Shown: positions 22,521-34,576 of the stretch, in pieces
How positions within the stretch are numbered: the first letter of the stretch is position 1
Layout of the letters: the number at the start of each line of letters is the position of its first letter
DNA from: Podarcis melisellensis
Lineage: Eukaryota
Length of the DNA: 64,000 nucleotides
NCBI GenBank assembly: GCA_964234715.1
Contig: OZ174278.1
Reading direction: 5' to 3' (one strand)
Position numbers and translations under genes: made by a program
The notes under the pieces: model-generated
The model's database searches: none
What the model was told of the DNA's origin: nothing
What the model saw: only the letters and a program-made list of their open reading frames with translations

Positions 22521-22721
22521 TTAGCTACAAACTCATCTTGAAGATGATAAGTCCAATGGCAACAAATCCTGAGCTTCTGTCCACTGGGTGATTTAGCATC
22601 TTTCCGACTTGTGCGACAAAATCTTCTTGGGCAAGAGAGTGGAAAACACTGAGGAGTGCAAATCTTCCTCAGTTAAATCCCTCTTTAGTGCATGATGTAG
22701 CACTGTTGAAAATTAAAGATT

Positions 22722-23225
22722 TAAACTGTAATGGCTGCATACCTACCAATTGTTGCTTAGTCTGGCTTTCCAGCTGCCACCCTATTTGGAGGTGAACAAG
22801 GCTGCAGTGATTCATCATACAGTATACAGAGGTACTTCGGGTTACATTCGCTTCAAGTTACATATACTTCAGGTTACAGACTCCACTAACCCAGAAATAG
22901 TACCTCAGGTTAAGAACTTTGCTTCAAGATGAGAACAGAAATCGTGCTCCGCCAGTGCAGCAGCAGCAGGAAGCCCCATTAGCTAAAGTGGTGCTTCATG
23001 TTAAGAACGGACCTCCAAAATGAATTAAGTACTTAACCCAAGGTACCACTGTATAGAGCTGCTTTTGAAGATGGTCTGGAAACTGAGGCAATATACGGCA
23101 TAACTGGTACCAGGCATTGTGGTCATGGGCACTGGCTCCTGATCTGCTTACAAGACCAATTCAAGGTGCTGGTTTTGACCTATGAAGTCCTACATGGCTT
23201 GGGACCTCAGTGCCTAACATAATAC
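22722..23225 (+). mobile_element. Degraded L2 fragment split by a MITE
   Basis: cactggctcc...caattcaaggtgctggttttgacctatgaagtccta resembles the L2 HWLP...QFKVLVLT.KAL region. Confidence 0.5.
22827..23051 (+). mobile_element. Tigger/pogo-like MITE, family B
   Basis: Homologous to 1786-2027; TA TSD. Confidence 0.88.
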
Positions 23226-24208
23226 GTTTATCAGTATTCACTTAACTATGACCTAAGGGTGGAGTCACCAACATGGTGCCAGTGTGCATTATAGCATCCA
23301 TGAGGACTTCCCTTGCATGTGCAAAGCCTCTAAGCTTGCCCAATGCTTCCTCATGAAGAAGCTAGGATTTTTATGTTCTCTCCCTTGAAAAGTGCATAGA
23401 ACTAAAAGAGGAAGTTGGAAGAACTGAAACAAACCCCCTTGAAATTGCATATTCATGCATGAAGATCCATGAGGATCTGTCACTTTCAAAGTGGGCAGTT
23501 CCACCCCCAATTCACAGATCACATCTAAGTGGCTGAAGCATAACAGTCATGGTGTTTCCCAGGGCTGCCATGGTGCAGAAACATAAACCTAAAGTGTGAT
23601 TCCTTGATTATTACAATTTTTAGAAGATATCCCAGCAAAATATGAAATTATAGGTTACCTCTGTGTCTACAGATGTGTTCTGTGATTTGGTGGTGTTTTG
23701 TTCTCTCTCCATATAAGTTTAATGAGGACCTGTGACTTTCAGTGTGTGCAGCCTACCAATGTATGCTTTGATTTGTTGGCAGTTTTATGTAAAATTGTGC
23801 AGATTCAAGAGCAAGCATTTAAATTCTACTAGGTATTACATAGCCTAGGTATTACATAGGAAAGCATAAGTTTGCATCTCTGTGTCTCTGTGTCTGTCTC
23901 TCTGTCTTGGTAGGAAGGGAAAGAAGTAACCAGGGAATTGCCCACCAAACACTCGAAATCCAAAAATTGTTGGCAACCCTGCTCTAAGGTCCTCTACAGG
24001 CCAGAGGGCCTATTTGATAGTGGCACCATGTCTACAGAATGCCCTCCTTTAACCCCCCCCCACCTGGTACCCTCTTTGTTGTCCTCTCAGCAGCAGTTTA
24101 AGATTTTTTTTTCTGTTCTGCCAGGTCTTTTAGGAAGCAATCCTATGCACACAAAAGTGGTAGAAGGCAAGCATGTATAAATTAAGCCACCATAAAGTTC
24201 AACAAATA

Positions 24209-24563
24209 GGGACATGGGTGGCACTGTGGTCTTAACCACTGAGCCTCTTGGGCTTGCCTATCAGAAGGTCGGCGGTTTGAATCCCCACGATGGGGTGAGC
24301 TCCCATTGCTCGGTCCCAGCTCCGGCCCACAAAGCACACCAAAAAGTGCAAGTAGATAAATAGGTACTGCTCCGGCGGGAAGGTAAACAGCGTTTCCGTG
24401 TGCTGCTCTGTTTCACCAGAAGCGGCTTAGTCATGCTGGCCACATGACACAGAAAAACTGTCTGCAGACAAACGCCAGCTCCCTTGGTCTGTAAAGCAAG
24501 ATGAGCGCTGCAACCCCAGAGTCGTCTGCGATTGGACTTATCTGTCAGGGGTCCTTTACCTTT
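24209..24563 (+). mobile_element. Sauria SINE, full length
   Basis: Head, B box and ACCTTT tail; taaagttcaa repeated on both flanks. Confidence 0.9.
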
Positions 24564-25492
24564 AAAGTTCAAGAGCAGGTCTCTAGCTGCTGCTCTGCCT
24601 AAACCTGGTAGGGGAAACAAGCCTTGGAAATAGTGTTCTGTGTCAGGCTGCCAGGTCATGTGACCAAGCCAAGTGGGCTTAGTCCCCAATCTCTTAACCT
24701 GCCTCCACCACATCTCCTTTGGGGACCTATTCCAGCTGGGTGAGATTTAGATGCACTGCATCCTAGGCTGCTCATCTCAGGAGGTACTGCCACAGGATTG
24801 CCCCAAAACATCTGATTTTAAGTCCCTGAAATATGGTAAGCGGTTTTACCATGTATTGAGTAGCTGATTATGTGCTGTGTGTAGTTTTTTTATTCAGCTA
24901 GTTCTGTGTTAGGGTTTTTTATGTGTGTTGTCTCTTAAATTTATTTTGGGTTTAATGCGGTATGGCTTCATTGTTGCATTTTTATTCTCTTTTAATTAGT
25001 GGGATGCCTGGATAATACATTTCATCAGGTGCCTCATAAACAAAATTAATAAATACCTATTAATTGCTGAATGGACAAAGCAGTGGCTTCGAGGCATTAA
25101 TGAGACGTCAGAGACAGACTTGCCATACGATCTACACTGGAGCAAGCAATTTTTGCTGTCCTAGACAGTAAATTTGTATTCAAGACAGCTTCATATTGAC
25201 ACCTGGAAAGATGAGTTCACCAGAGTGGTTTTAAAATGATTTTAGTTTTCACCAGTAAACTGAGCACAGCAAAGGCCCAGGGTGGTCCCTGACTCTTGTT
25301 ATTTGCAGGTGGGGTTCAATAACACATTGGCAAATTCAGGTTACACGGTTGCGGTTGATTGTCAGGCCTTGTGCAACAAAGCCACATCACCGAAAGTTCA
25401 GATCTTTTTGTGATAAAAGTGTAGGAGAACACTTGCTTTGATGCCATATCCTTCAAGCTCCCCGCAAAATAATCAGAATGATTACTGTAATT

Positions 25493-25919
25493 TTGGGGTA
25501 GCTTTGCAGGTATGGCAGATGGAGATAGGATCTGCCCATGTGATGCCCACCTGGTAGAAACTCTAGCTCACATGGCCCTTAAATGTAAAATGTATGATGA
25601 TCTCCGCCAACAATTTTTAGACCATCTATGTATTCCAACATGGAAACCAGAGACAGAGGTTATACGCTTCTTATTCCAGGGGAGAGACCAGGAGCTCACC
25701 AAAACAGTAGCTAAGTTCCTCTATTTGATTTTTTTGTTGCTGAAGTACGCTACAGGATCCTGCCCTTGCGGGAGACCCACAGAGATGAAATAGATTGCTC
25801 GCCTCTTCTTCCCTTTGGCAAATGATTGTACTGTTGAAATGGCGATGAGATCACACTAGCCTATTATCCTGAATATTTGTATGTGATGCCAATAAAGGTT
25901 TGATGATGATGATGATGAT
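25493..25919 (+). mobile_element. 5'-truncated non-LTR retrotransposon (RTE-X-like; clade uncertain)
   Basis: ORF 25512-25793 has a CCHC-type knuckle RICPC...VETLAHMALKC..Y.DLR; AATAAA then a (GAT)n tail; TSD tgtaatt (25486-25492, 25920-25926). Confidence 0.7.
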
Positions 25920-26272
25920 TGTAATTAAATAGCCAACATCTAATCTTTCTGTAAACCAATCAGGATAAATGCTCAGTTCCAAGTCTGGAAGCTTTGCTAG
26001 ATTCAAGCCAAACAACAAAAATCAGCGGAGAAGCCTAACCAGGTGACTGAACTGTAGAAGAGCATAGCAAGAGGCTTTCTATGAGGTCAGATTATGAGGG
26101 ACTTTTGTTTCATGGCCACCTCGCGTACTATTGGGTGGAGAGGTAGAAAACAGTACTAGTAACACAAATAGTTAATAAGCTCTCCCTCTCCCTGCCATGG
26201 TCACAACTGTCTCCATTTCAAGAGAAGATGCTATTGGTAAAACTATGAGTTTGTCTTCAAATACATATATCA

Positions 26273-26991
26273 CATATCCTCCACATCTCTCTGATGAAAA
26301 TAGGGATTCAATCATAATCATAATTTTATTATTTATACTCCACTGGGTTGCTTCAGCCACTCTGGATGGCTTTCGACATACACAAAAACTAATATACTGT
26401 AACATTACACATTTGCAAAACTTTCCTTACAAAGGGCTGCCTTCAGATCTCTTCTGAAGGTTGTATACGTACTTATCTACTTGGCTCGGGAGTCACATAA
26501 CTCCATACCCTCCAACATTTCTGCGATGTAAATAGGGATGCCTAAGGAAAAGCAGGTGGCACTGTGGGTGGCGCTGTGGGTTAAACCACAGAGCCTAGGA
26601 CTTGCCAATCAGAAGGTCACAAGTTCGAATCCCCGCGACGGGGTGAGCTCCCGTTGCTCGTTCCCTGCTCCTGCCAACCTAGCAGTTCGAAAGCATGTCA
26701 AAGTGTAAGTAGATAAATAGGTACCACTCCGGCGGGAAGGTAAACGGCGTTTCCGTGTGCTGCTCTGGTTCGCCAGAAGCGGCTTAGTCATGCAGGCCAC
26801 ATGACCCGGAAGCTGTACGCTGGCTCCCTCGGTCAATAAAGCGAGATGAGCACCGCAACTCCAGAGTCAGTCATGACTGGATGGACTTACCTTTAAGGAA
26901 AAGCAGGACATTCCGGGATCAAATCAGAAACTGGGATGGCTTCTGTAAATCTGGGACTGTCCCTTGAAAATAGAGACACTTGGAGAGTTTG
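26273..26991 (+). mobile_element. Compound hAT-like MITE, copy 3, interrupted by a Sauria SINE
   Basis: Same layout as copy 2: left end, antisense L2 tail, second left end, core, right end. Confidence 0.8.
26557..26893 (+). mobile_element. Sauria SINE nested in the compound MITE
   Basis: Typical body and tail; 14-bp TSD taaggaaaagcagg (26543-26556, 26894-26907). Confidence 0.92.
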
Positions 26992-27387
26992 CCATGGTCA
27001 CAACAATATTCTTCGTTCTGAAGCTGCTGCCTGCATTTCAAGAGAATCTGCTATTGGTACAAATCTGAGATTTATCTTCAAATACGTATATCACTTCAGA
27101 GACATTGTTGGGATTTGTGGCAGGGATGGAAATAGTTTAAATTGCACCTGGTAATGTGAGTGGGATCCAGAGAAGCTATTAAAGTACTGGCATGATAGGT
27201 TAAAACACCCAGTTTGAGTAAACAGTTGCACAGCATTATGAACCAAGAGACTATTTTTTAAGACAGTCCCATGTACACTATATTGCTAATTTAAGGACTG
27301 AGTGTGTGCTTAAATACAAGGCTGGCTTAATGCCCAAGGTATCTTGAGCCCAAGGGTCTTTATGCTCATCATAAACCTAAATCAATC

Positions 27388-27680
27388 TGTTATGTACTGA
27401 AGTTCTTACCCTGGGCCAGCAGGGGGATACTGTAGATAGTTATGCAAATGAAGGATCGAAAGTGACGTTCAGTGATTGGATAGTTTGTATGCAAATGAAG
27501 GATCAAAAGTGACGTTCAGTGATTGGATAGTTTTAGAAAGTTGCTACAGTTACGTTGTTCTGGAGCTCTATATAAGCAGGCTGACTGAGCTCCTCAGTTC
27601 AGTTCTGATCTGGCCTCTGAATAAAGAAGAGCTGTTTGAAGAATCGCTGTGTCGTCTGATATGTTCACCCACAACTTAAC

Positions 27681-27681
<1 letters not shown>
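27388..27681 (+). mobile_element. Solo LTR (294 bp)
   Basis: TGTTA...TAACA termini, 5-bp TSD caatc, tandem 47-bp U3 repeat, TATATAA at 27569, AATAAA at 27620. Confidence 0.85.
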
Positions 27682-27711
<30 letters not shown>

Positions 27712-28181
27712 GCAGAATGATAAGCGATACATATATGAAATGACCCTTACTCCCATTTGCATGTACTTAGGGCTTAAATGTTAGCTTTGGGCATGGTGGG
27801 AGGAAGGAAATGAAATGAAATAAAACAGTCTATTTAAAAAGAAAATTATTCTGACAACAGTTTCCCTACGTATGCGTACAGCATCCAGATTAATGTTGGG
27901 GAAGGGGTTAGAATATAGGTTATTATAATTGCAACTTTACAACAGTAGTTTTGATATAACATAGAAAAAGGCAATGGTTCTCAAACTCCTTCTTACTCCC
28001 ATGCACCACTTGAAAATAGCTAGGAGGTCTTGGTGGACCACTTAATAAATTTGCTTTTGTTCTAAAAATCAAAGTACATACATGATTAATATTTCAATAA
28101 GATTTTCTCCTCCCTTGTGCTAAAATCAATGTCACATTGTGAAAATAATGGGTCCTGGGCTAGGGCACTGCTTAATAAATA

Positions 28182-28923
28182 CAGACCCTCCAAGTGTCCC
28201 TATTTTCCAGGGACAGTCCTGAATTTACAGACGCTGTCATGGTTTCTGATTTGATTCCCAAATGTCCTGTCCCTGTTTTCATCATTGAAATGTCAGACCG
28301 TTTGGTGGGATGTTCCTATTTTCTTCGGAGAAATCTTGGAGGGCGTGGAGTTTTGTGACCTCTGAGCCAAGGAGATACAACCTTTAGAAGACTTCTGAAG
28401 GCAGCCCCGTGCAGGGAAGTTTTTTTAATGTGTAATTTTTTTATTATTATTTTATATATTGGAAGGAGCCCAGAGCGGTTGCAGCAACCCAGTCAAATGG
28501 GTGGAGTATAAATATTATTATTTCCGGGTTCGGTCTGATTCTTTTCTTTCTGTATAAGAACAAGCATTAAAGAGGCCTCCTAGACCACTCATAGGTCCTT
28601 TATATGACCAGTGGTAACAGTTGGCCCTAGAGAATATTAACCACTCTCAATTTTACCCGTGGATTGACATCTGTCCAGACTTTAATTTGCTCTGAACTAA
28701 TTTTAAGATGTACGGTATTTTAACTAATTGATTCCCTTTTTTATGTTCTTATGTTCTTTGTATACTGTCCTAGCTTCATGATGTTAGCCACCCTGAGCCC
28801 AGCTCCGGCCGGGGAGGGCGGGGTACAAATAAAAAAAATATTTATTTATTTATTTATTTATTTATTTATTTGCTTATTATTCAGGACATCCCTATTTTCA
28901 TTGGAGAAATGCTGTAAGATATG
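28182..28923 (-). mobile_element. Compound hAT-like MITE, copy 4, with a nested L2 3' end
   Basis: CAGACCCTCCAAGTGTCCC start; L2 tail at about 28367-28522; remaining terminus at about 28884-28923. Confidence 0.75.
28523..28870 (+). mobile_element. L2 3' end (second subfamily)
   Basis: tgttagccaccctgagcccagctccggccggggagggcgggtacaaataaa plus (TTTA)n; same tail type as 55782-56246. Confidence 0.65.
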
Positions 28924-29986
28924 ATCATGCACCCATGCTCTAAATGACCTTACTCAGAAAAACCCCCCATAAATAAATCAATTGCCGAACTAAGCACACC
29001 TAAAGGAAGTTTTCACCAGTGTCTGAAACCCTTTGGAATATGAAAGGCACCCTTTTCATACTACAGAGAAGCTTCTAAGTGCCTTTAAAGAGGATAGGCA
29101 CTACTGAGGTCAGTTCCCAGAGTGAACTCAAATGGATAAATTACACATGAAACTAGCACTTAGCTGGAGGATTCAATTGACAAATTCAACATTCTGTAAC
29201 AAATGGTGCTTAAGAACAATTATGTACAAATGGGAATGAGCTGTGTACAGTACAAATACTGTAATTCCGTTATTCTGTTGCTTGCTATTGTCAGTATTTT
29301 AGCTGACTGCAATTAACGGGTGAGCGTGGGAGGAGGCAAGGAGAGAAAGCCCTTCCTAATTAATGTAGCGTGAAAACCCCATGAAACTATATGGGCAAGA
29401 GTATGAAAACCAGCTATTTGGAATGCAGGAGATTTCATTTGAATTCATAATCCTCCTCGCTAAGAAATCTCAGGGCTTTGCAATTAGGAAAGTCAAAAGA
29501 TACCAATTCCCTGTTCCCCTCCGTCAACAGCACCCCCTACACACATCAGAGGAAAACAGGGGGTAGAAGCGCCTACCACATATATGGATTTTACAAACAT
29601 ATTTTAAGGTTGCGATTATTTTTTTTTTGTGGTGAAATAATGCAGGGCACACAACAACGCGCCAAGGGGTGGCATGGAGAACTGCCCTCTGTGATGTTGT
29701 CCGGTGACTTAGCCCCTAGGCATAAGAATTAATTCTGTGGAAAAATGAATCACTATTTTTTATTTTTTTCAAAAAGAGAAAATAAGATAAGCAGTTGGGG
29801 GGGAGATTGATAATGGTAACCATGGAAGGATAGAGTGAAGGGAATCCTAAATAATGATGTGGATGATTTGTTTGAATTTAAATTTGGTATGTAAAAAAAA
29901 GAGAGAGTTAATTCTGTCAGAAGCACCCTCAACACATAAAATAGCTTGTGACTCACCACCTTACAGTATGTGGAGGCCAGAGACTG

Positions 29987-30245
29987 CAGACTTTTCAAGT
30001 GTTCCTATTTTCCAGGGGCACTCCCAGATTTACGGAAGCCGTCCCGGTTCTGATTTGATCCCGGAATGTCCAAGTTTTTCTTAGGATGTCCCTATTTTCA
30101 ACAGAGAAATGTTGGAGGGTATTAGTTCTGTGACCCCCGAGCCAAGGAGATAAGTAACTACACAGCCTTTAGAAGACACCTGAAGGCAGCCCTATATAGG
30201 GAAGCTTTTTAATGTTTAATGTTTAATTATTGTGTATATATAACG
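29987..30245 (-). mobile_element. Compound hAT-like MITE, copy 5 (truncated)
   Basis: Core plus the same L2 junction gagccaaggagataagtaacta. Confidence 0.75.
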
Positions 30246-30250
30246 ATTGT

Positions 30251-30633
30251 AAGGTAAAGGTAAATGACCCCAGGGCGGTTAAGTCCAGTCAAAGGCCACT
30301 ATGGGGTTGCGGCGCTCGTCTCACTTTCAGGCTAAGGGAGCTGGCGTTTGTCCCCAGACAGCTTTCCGAGTCATGTGGCCAGCATAACTAAACCACTTCC
30401 AACGCAACAGAACACTGTGACGGACTCCAGAGCGCACAGAAATGCCATTTACCTTCCCGCTGCAGTGGTACCTATTTATCTACTTGCACTGGTGTGCTTT
30501 CGAACTGCTAGGTTGGCAGAAGCTGGGACAGAGCAATGGGAGCTCACTCCATCGCGAGGATTCGAACCGCCGACCTTCTGATTGGCAAGCCCAAGAGGCT
30601 TAGTGGTTTAGACCATAGCGCCACCCGCATCCC
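30251..30633 (-). mobile_element. Sauria SINE
   Basis: aaggtaaaggt tail through to the ...gcgccacccgcatccc head. Confidence 0.9.
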
Positions 30634-30820
30634 TACTATACACCCCCTAAATAATCCTGTGAACTATAGTTTCTTTCAGGTTCTGAGAATTGTATCTCTG
30701 TGAGCGGTAAACTGCAGTTCTTAATCATTATTGTTTTTTTAAGGGGAGACATGCTTTAAATGTATGGTGTATGCAGCCTTAGAGACACTGAGGTTTCAAA
30801 ACTCTGTAATTTAATAAATA

Positions 30821-31078
30821 CAGTGGTACTTTGGGTTAAGAACTTAATTCGTTCCAGAGGTCCGTTCTTAACCTGAAACTGTTCTTAACCTGAAGCACCA
30901 CTTTAGCTAATGGGGCCTCCTGCTGCCGTCGCACCACCGGAGCACGATTTCTGTTCTCATCCTGAAGCAAAGTTCTTAACCTGAGGTACTATTTCTGGGT
31001 TAGTGGAGTCTGTAGCCTGAAGCATCTGTAACCTGAAGCATCTGTAACTTGAAACGTATGCAACCTGAGGTACCTCTG
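30821..31078 (-). mobile_element. Tigger/pogo-like MITE, family B
   Basis: Reverse complement of 1786-2027; TA TSD. Confidence 0.88.
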
Positions 31079-31943
31079 TACACAATGTGGTTGCGTATGA
31101 ACAGGAAAGGTACCAGAGTGTCATCAAACTATCAATTCAACACCATACTCACATACTTACCATACTCACAAAGGTGCTATGATTTAAGTGTGTGTTTGAA
31201 AAAGCACATGCAGAGTATTCCACACCCACACCCGAAAAAATGTAAAAAATGTAAAAAATGGAATGGCAAAGAGGGTAGGAGAGAAAATAAATGTTTGGCG
31301 TGTGTTTCACAACTGAAGCAATACATACGGCCACCAAGGAGCTTTCTGCATATGATAAAAATAATCCAAGGTCTAACTCTAAAATTACCCTCTCAGACAA
31401 TCATCAATGTACCATTTACATGTTATTAAAGACAAAACACACCAAGATTTTGGGGTTGGTTTCAGGCATTTCAATAGAATTTGTCAAAACTTTACCAATC
31501 ATTTATTTATTTTTTTAAAAATCTCACATTGGAAAGTGTCTGTCACACGAAGAGTTGCAAATTTTGTACTGATCGCTTATGAACTGAAGGGGGAAATTGT
31601 CTCAATACATTTGCCATAGGCTGAAAGCAGGTCCATTTGAACCAGACCTCCTCTTTTGTTTACCTCTGCTGTTTGACATTTTGTGTTGTTGTGACCTTTC
31701 GGTTAAACAACAAAGCCACTTGATCTGACTCGACTCGACAAGAGCAGGTAATAAATAACAAGCCTGAGTTAGAGAGAATGGTTTGAGGGCAAGATGTGGT
31801 TGCGCTGCTAAAGCCAAGGCAGTCTTACCCTAGTCAGTGCCTGCGGGCGAGACTCCTTTGTAAGGAATTGTGATATTCCTGGAAGAAGAAGGATATTGCT
31901 ATGTGGAAGTCAGAGCTACAAGTTACAACAAAATGTTGCAGCC

Positions 31944-32075
31944 ATGGAATCATAGAGTTGGGAATCATCTAGTTCAACCCCCTGGAATGCAGAAATATGC
32001 AGCTGTCCCATAAGGGTATCGAACCTGCAACCTTAGCATTACCACTGCCACATTTTAAGCAACTCAGCTATCCAG
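31944..32075 (-). mobile_element. tRNA-Ile-derived SINE with CR1-like tail (Squam2-like)
   Basis: Minus strand ggatagctgagttg...aaggttgcaggttcgatacc resembles tRNA-Ile, followed by ggggttgaactagatgattcccaactctatgattcc (CR1-type 3' end). Confidence 0.65.
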
Positions 32076-33196
32076 TCCTGTTTAGTATTCTAGTCTGCTG
32101 TCTCCCAATGCACCCCACTCCCAGTCATTAGCAATATGTTGGTCACTAAACACACTCTATCCTCATTGAGTTGTTTTGAGATGATGATGATGATGTTAAT
32201 TACTTTATTATTTTTATCCTGCCCATCTGGCTGGATTTCCCCAGCCACTCTGAGCGGCTTACAGTTTCCTTCACTTCTGTTTTATTCCCCATTCTCTTTT
32301 CCAGTTGCCATTTTTGACCATGTCATTTACAAAGACATGAGACATGGTCTCTCCCCTCCCCCTTTATTTTATTTTTTTTGCTGGCAATTCTTTCGTTCTG
32401 ACCAAAGAGAAGTCATGCTAAGGTACAGCCACTAGGTGTCCCTCTATCCACCTGTGCATGTTAACTGCTTACAAGGCTGGGGGAGGGGGGCAGGAAGAAA
32501 GAAAATCAAGGGGGCTTTCTAATGTAAAAGCAAGCTAAAGAAGGAAGAGCTGAGGACTTTGTTTTACAAATAACCAATTCTGGTTTATGCATTTAGGATA
32601 TCTATTTGCCTTTACCTTCGGTAACGTTAATGAGGCAAGCTGAGAAAGATAAGGGATAAGTCACGTTGGCAAAATAGAACGCCACGTGTTTATTTGATGC
32701 GACATTCTTTAAGGCTGGTGTTTTTATTACAACATCAAGGGTGCAATCCTATGTACACTTTCCTCATTGAACACAGCTGGATTTACATGCACAGAATTAT
32801 GCTATGCATGCTGGAAGAGAGATTTCTTTGTCTGACTGAGGTGTGCAGAGCAAAGAATAACAAGTAGAGATATGATATGCCCAGGCTATGTACTTTTCTG
32901 CTCACATCCTTCCTATTTCAAAGTAGATAGGGTTTCATGAAATAATGAATGGTATCTAGAGGATGAATAAAGAGGGTTCTTTTTCTCTCCTTCTCTTGGG
33001 GTCATTCACTGATGTTGATGAAGTAGATTCAGAACAGACAAAAGAGATTAATGCGGTTGCATAAAATTGGGATTGCCACCTTTTTTTCTGCTGGTGCAAC
33101 TGTGCCTTTAAAAGCTATGCCACTGGCAGAAATGCAGGTTTTAAAGGCACAGGAACTTTGTGAGAAAAGATCGGCAGCCATACATGCAAAACATGT

Positions 33197-34081
33197 TCTT
33201 CTTCTTTAGCGGTCACTTGTAACCGAGTAAGATTGTCTGCCATAAACACACTTATGGACAGTGAGTCCATAAGTGACCGTGGAGGCCAATTCTGGATCCA
33301 CACGTCCTTCTACAGTGGGGGGACATAGGTTTCTAGGCGGGTGTTGATCACGGTGAGGGTTTGCCAAGTGTGCCTTCCTCTTAGCGTGTTTCGCCTTTTC
33401 GTCCCGAGTTAGAGCATCTTCAAAACCCATGACACCTTTGGTAAAGGCTGTTCTCCAATTAGAGTGCTTGAAGGCAGGCCAGTGTTTCCCAGTTGCCCGT
33501 GTTTATACTACTTTTTTTTTTAGATTTGCCTTGAGAGAGTCTTTAAACCTCTTGTTGACCACCAGCATTACACTTACCATTTTTAAGTTCAGAATAGAGT
33601 AGTTGCTTTGGAAGACAATAATCAGGCATCCTCACAACATGACCAGTCCAACAAAGTTGATATTGAAGAATCATTGCTTCAACACTGGTGATCTTTGCCA
33701 CTACACTGGCATTAGTTCACCTGTCTTTCCAGGTGATGTGTAAAAATTTTTTGGAGACACGGTTGATGGAATCTTTCGAGGAGTTGGAGATGGCGTTTAT
33801 AAGTGGTCCACTTTTCACAAGAATACAGTAAGGTTAGTAGTACAATAGCTGTGTAAACAAGCATTTTGGTTTCCCTGTGAACACTCTGCACTTTAATTGG
33901 GAGAAAGGTGCACGCACAGAGCTCAGGCAATGCTGGATTTCGGCATCAATGTCTGCCCTTGTGGAAAGATAATTGCCCAGGTAGGAGACATGACTGACAT
34001 TTTCTAACGTTACACCATTGACTTGGATTTCTAGCGCTGCAGAGGGGTTGTTTTGTGCTTGTTGGTGCAGCACTTTGGTTT
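33197..34081 (-). mobile_element. RTE-clade LINE, 5'-truncated and frameshifted (not Bov-B)
   Basis: ORF pieces LENVSHVSYLGNYLSTRADIDAEIQH, KMLVYTAIVLLTLLYSCEKWTTYKRHLQLLERFHQ and GFEDALTRDEKAKHAKRK are typical of RTE ORF2 C-termini; short (AAG)n tail. Confidence 0.85.
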
Positions 34082-34363
34082 GAGACTTGAACCTTCTTCT
34101 TTAACTCTCCTCCATGTGTTGGGTCAATGTCGAAAAAGTAGAATTGTATTCAATGACCTCAGTTGCTTCTTACCCTGCCCCCTCTAACCTTTGCATAATG
34201 GAGGAAGCATGACAGGCAATTATGAATGCATCCAGATCCCAAACTATCCACAGGTCACCAAGGGCCTGTTCTTCTGTCCCATATGAATAAGTCTGGACCG
34301 GTAGGTTCATAAAATTCAGGGGACTGAGCCCACTACTGTGATTCTCCTTCATTCCACTCTTGG

Positions 34364-34576
34364 AATTAACATGTGGCGAGAGGGTATGAAGAAAACTTTG
34401 GGATGATCCAGTAAGATAATTCTTACCCTGTTTGGGCCCAAACCAAAACAGGGTACGAACTATCTTACTGGATCATCCAAAAGTTCTCTTCATACCCTCT
34501 CTCTACATGTTAAGTTGTCAGCACCTCATCTTCTGTTTGGTCTGGGCCCAAACAGATGATGAGGTGGTGACAACTT
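34364..34576. repeat. Two adjacent inverted repeats (about 70-bp and 29-bp arms)
   Basis: Arms are reverse complements of each other (see findings). Confidence 0.85.

Noticed and set aside
27435-27532. Direct repeats that might suggest a CRISPR-like array (also the CAGGTTA repeats in MITEs)
   Set aside because: No unique spacers; they are LTR U3 and MITE subterminal repeats in a vertebrate genome.
31990-32075. tRNA-Ile-like sequence and other A/B-box heads
   Set aside because: Degenerate SINE heads fused to LINE-type tails; no intact cloverleaf.
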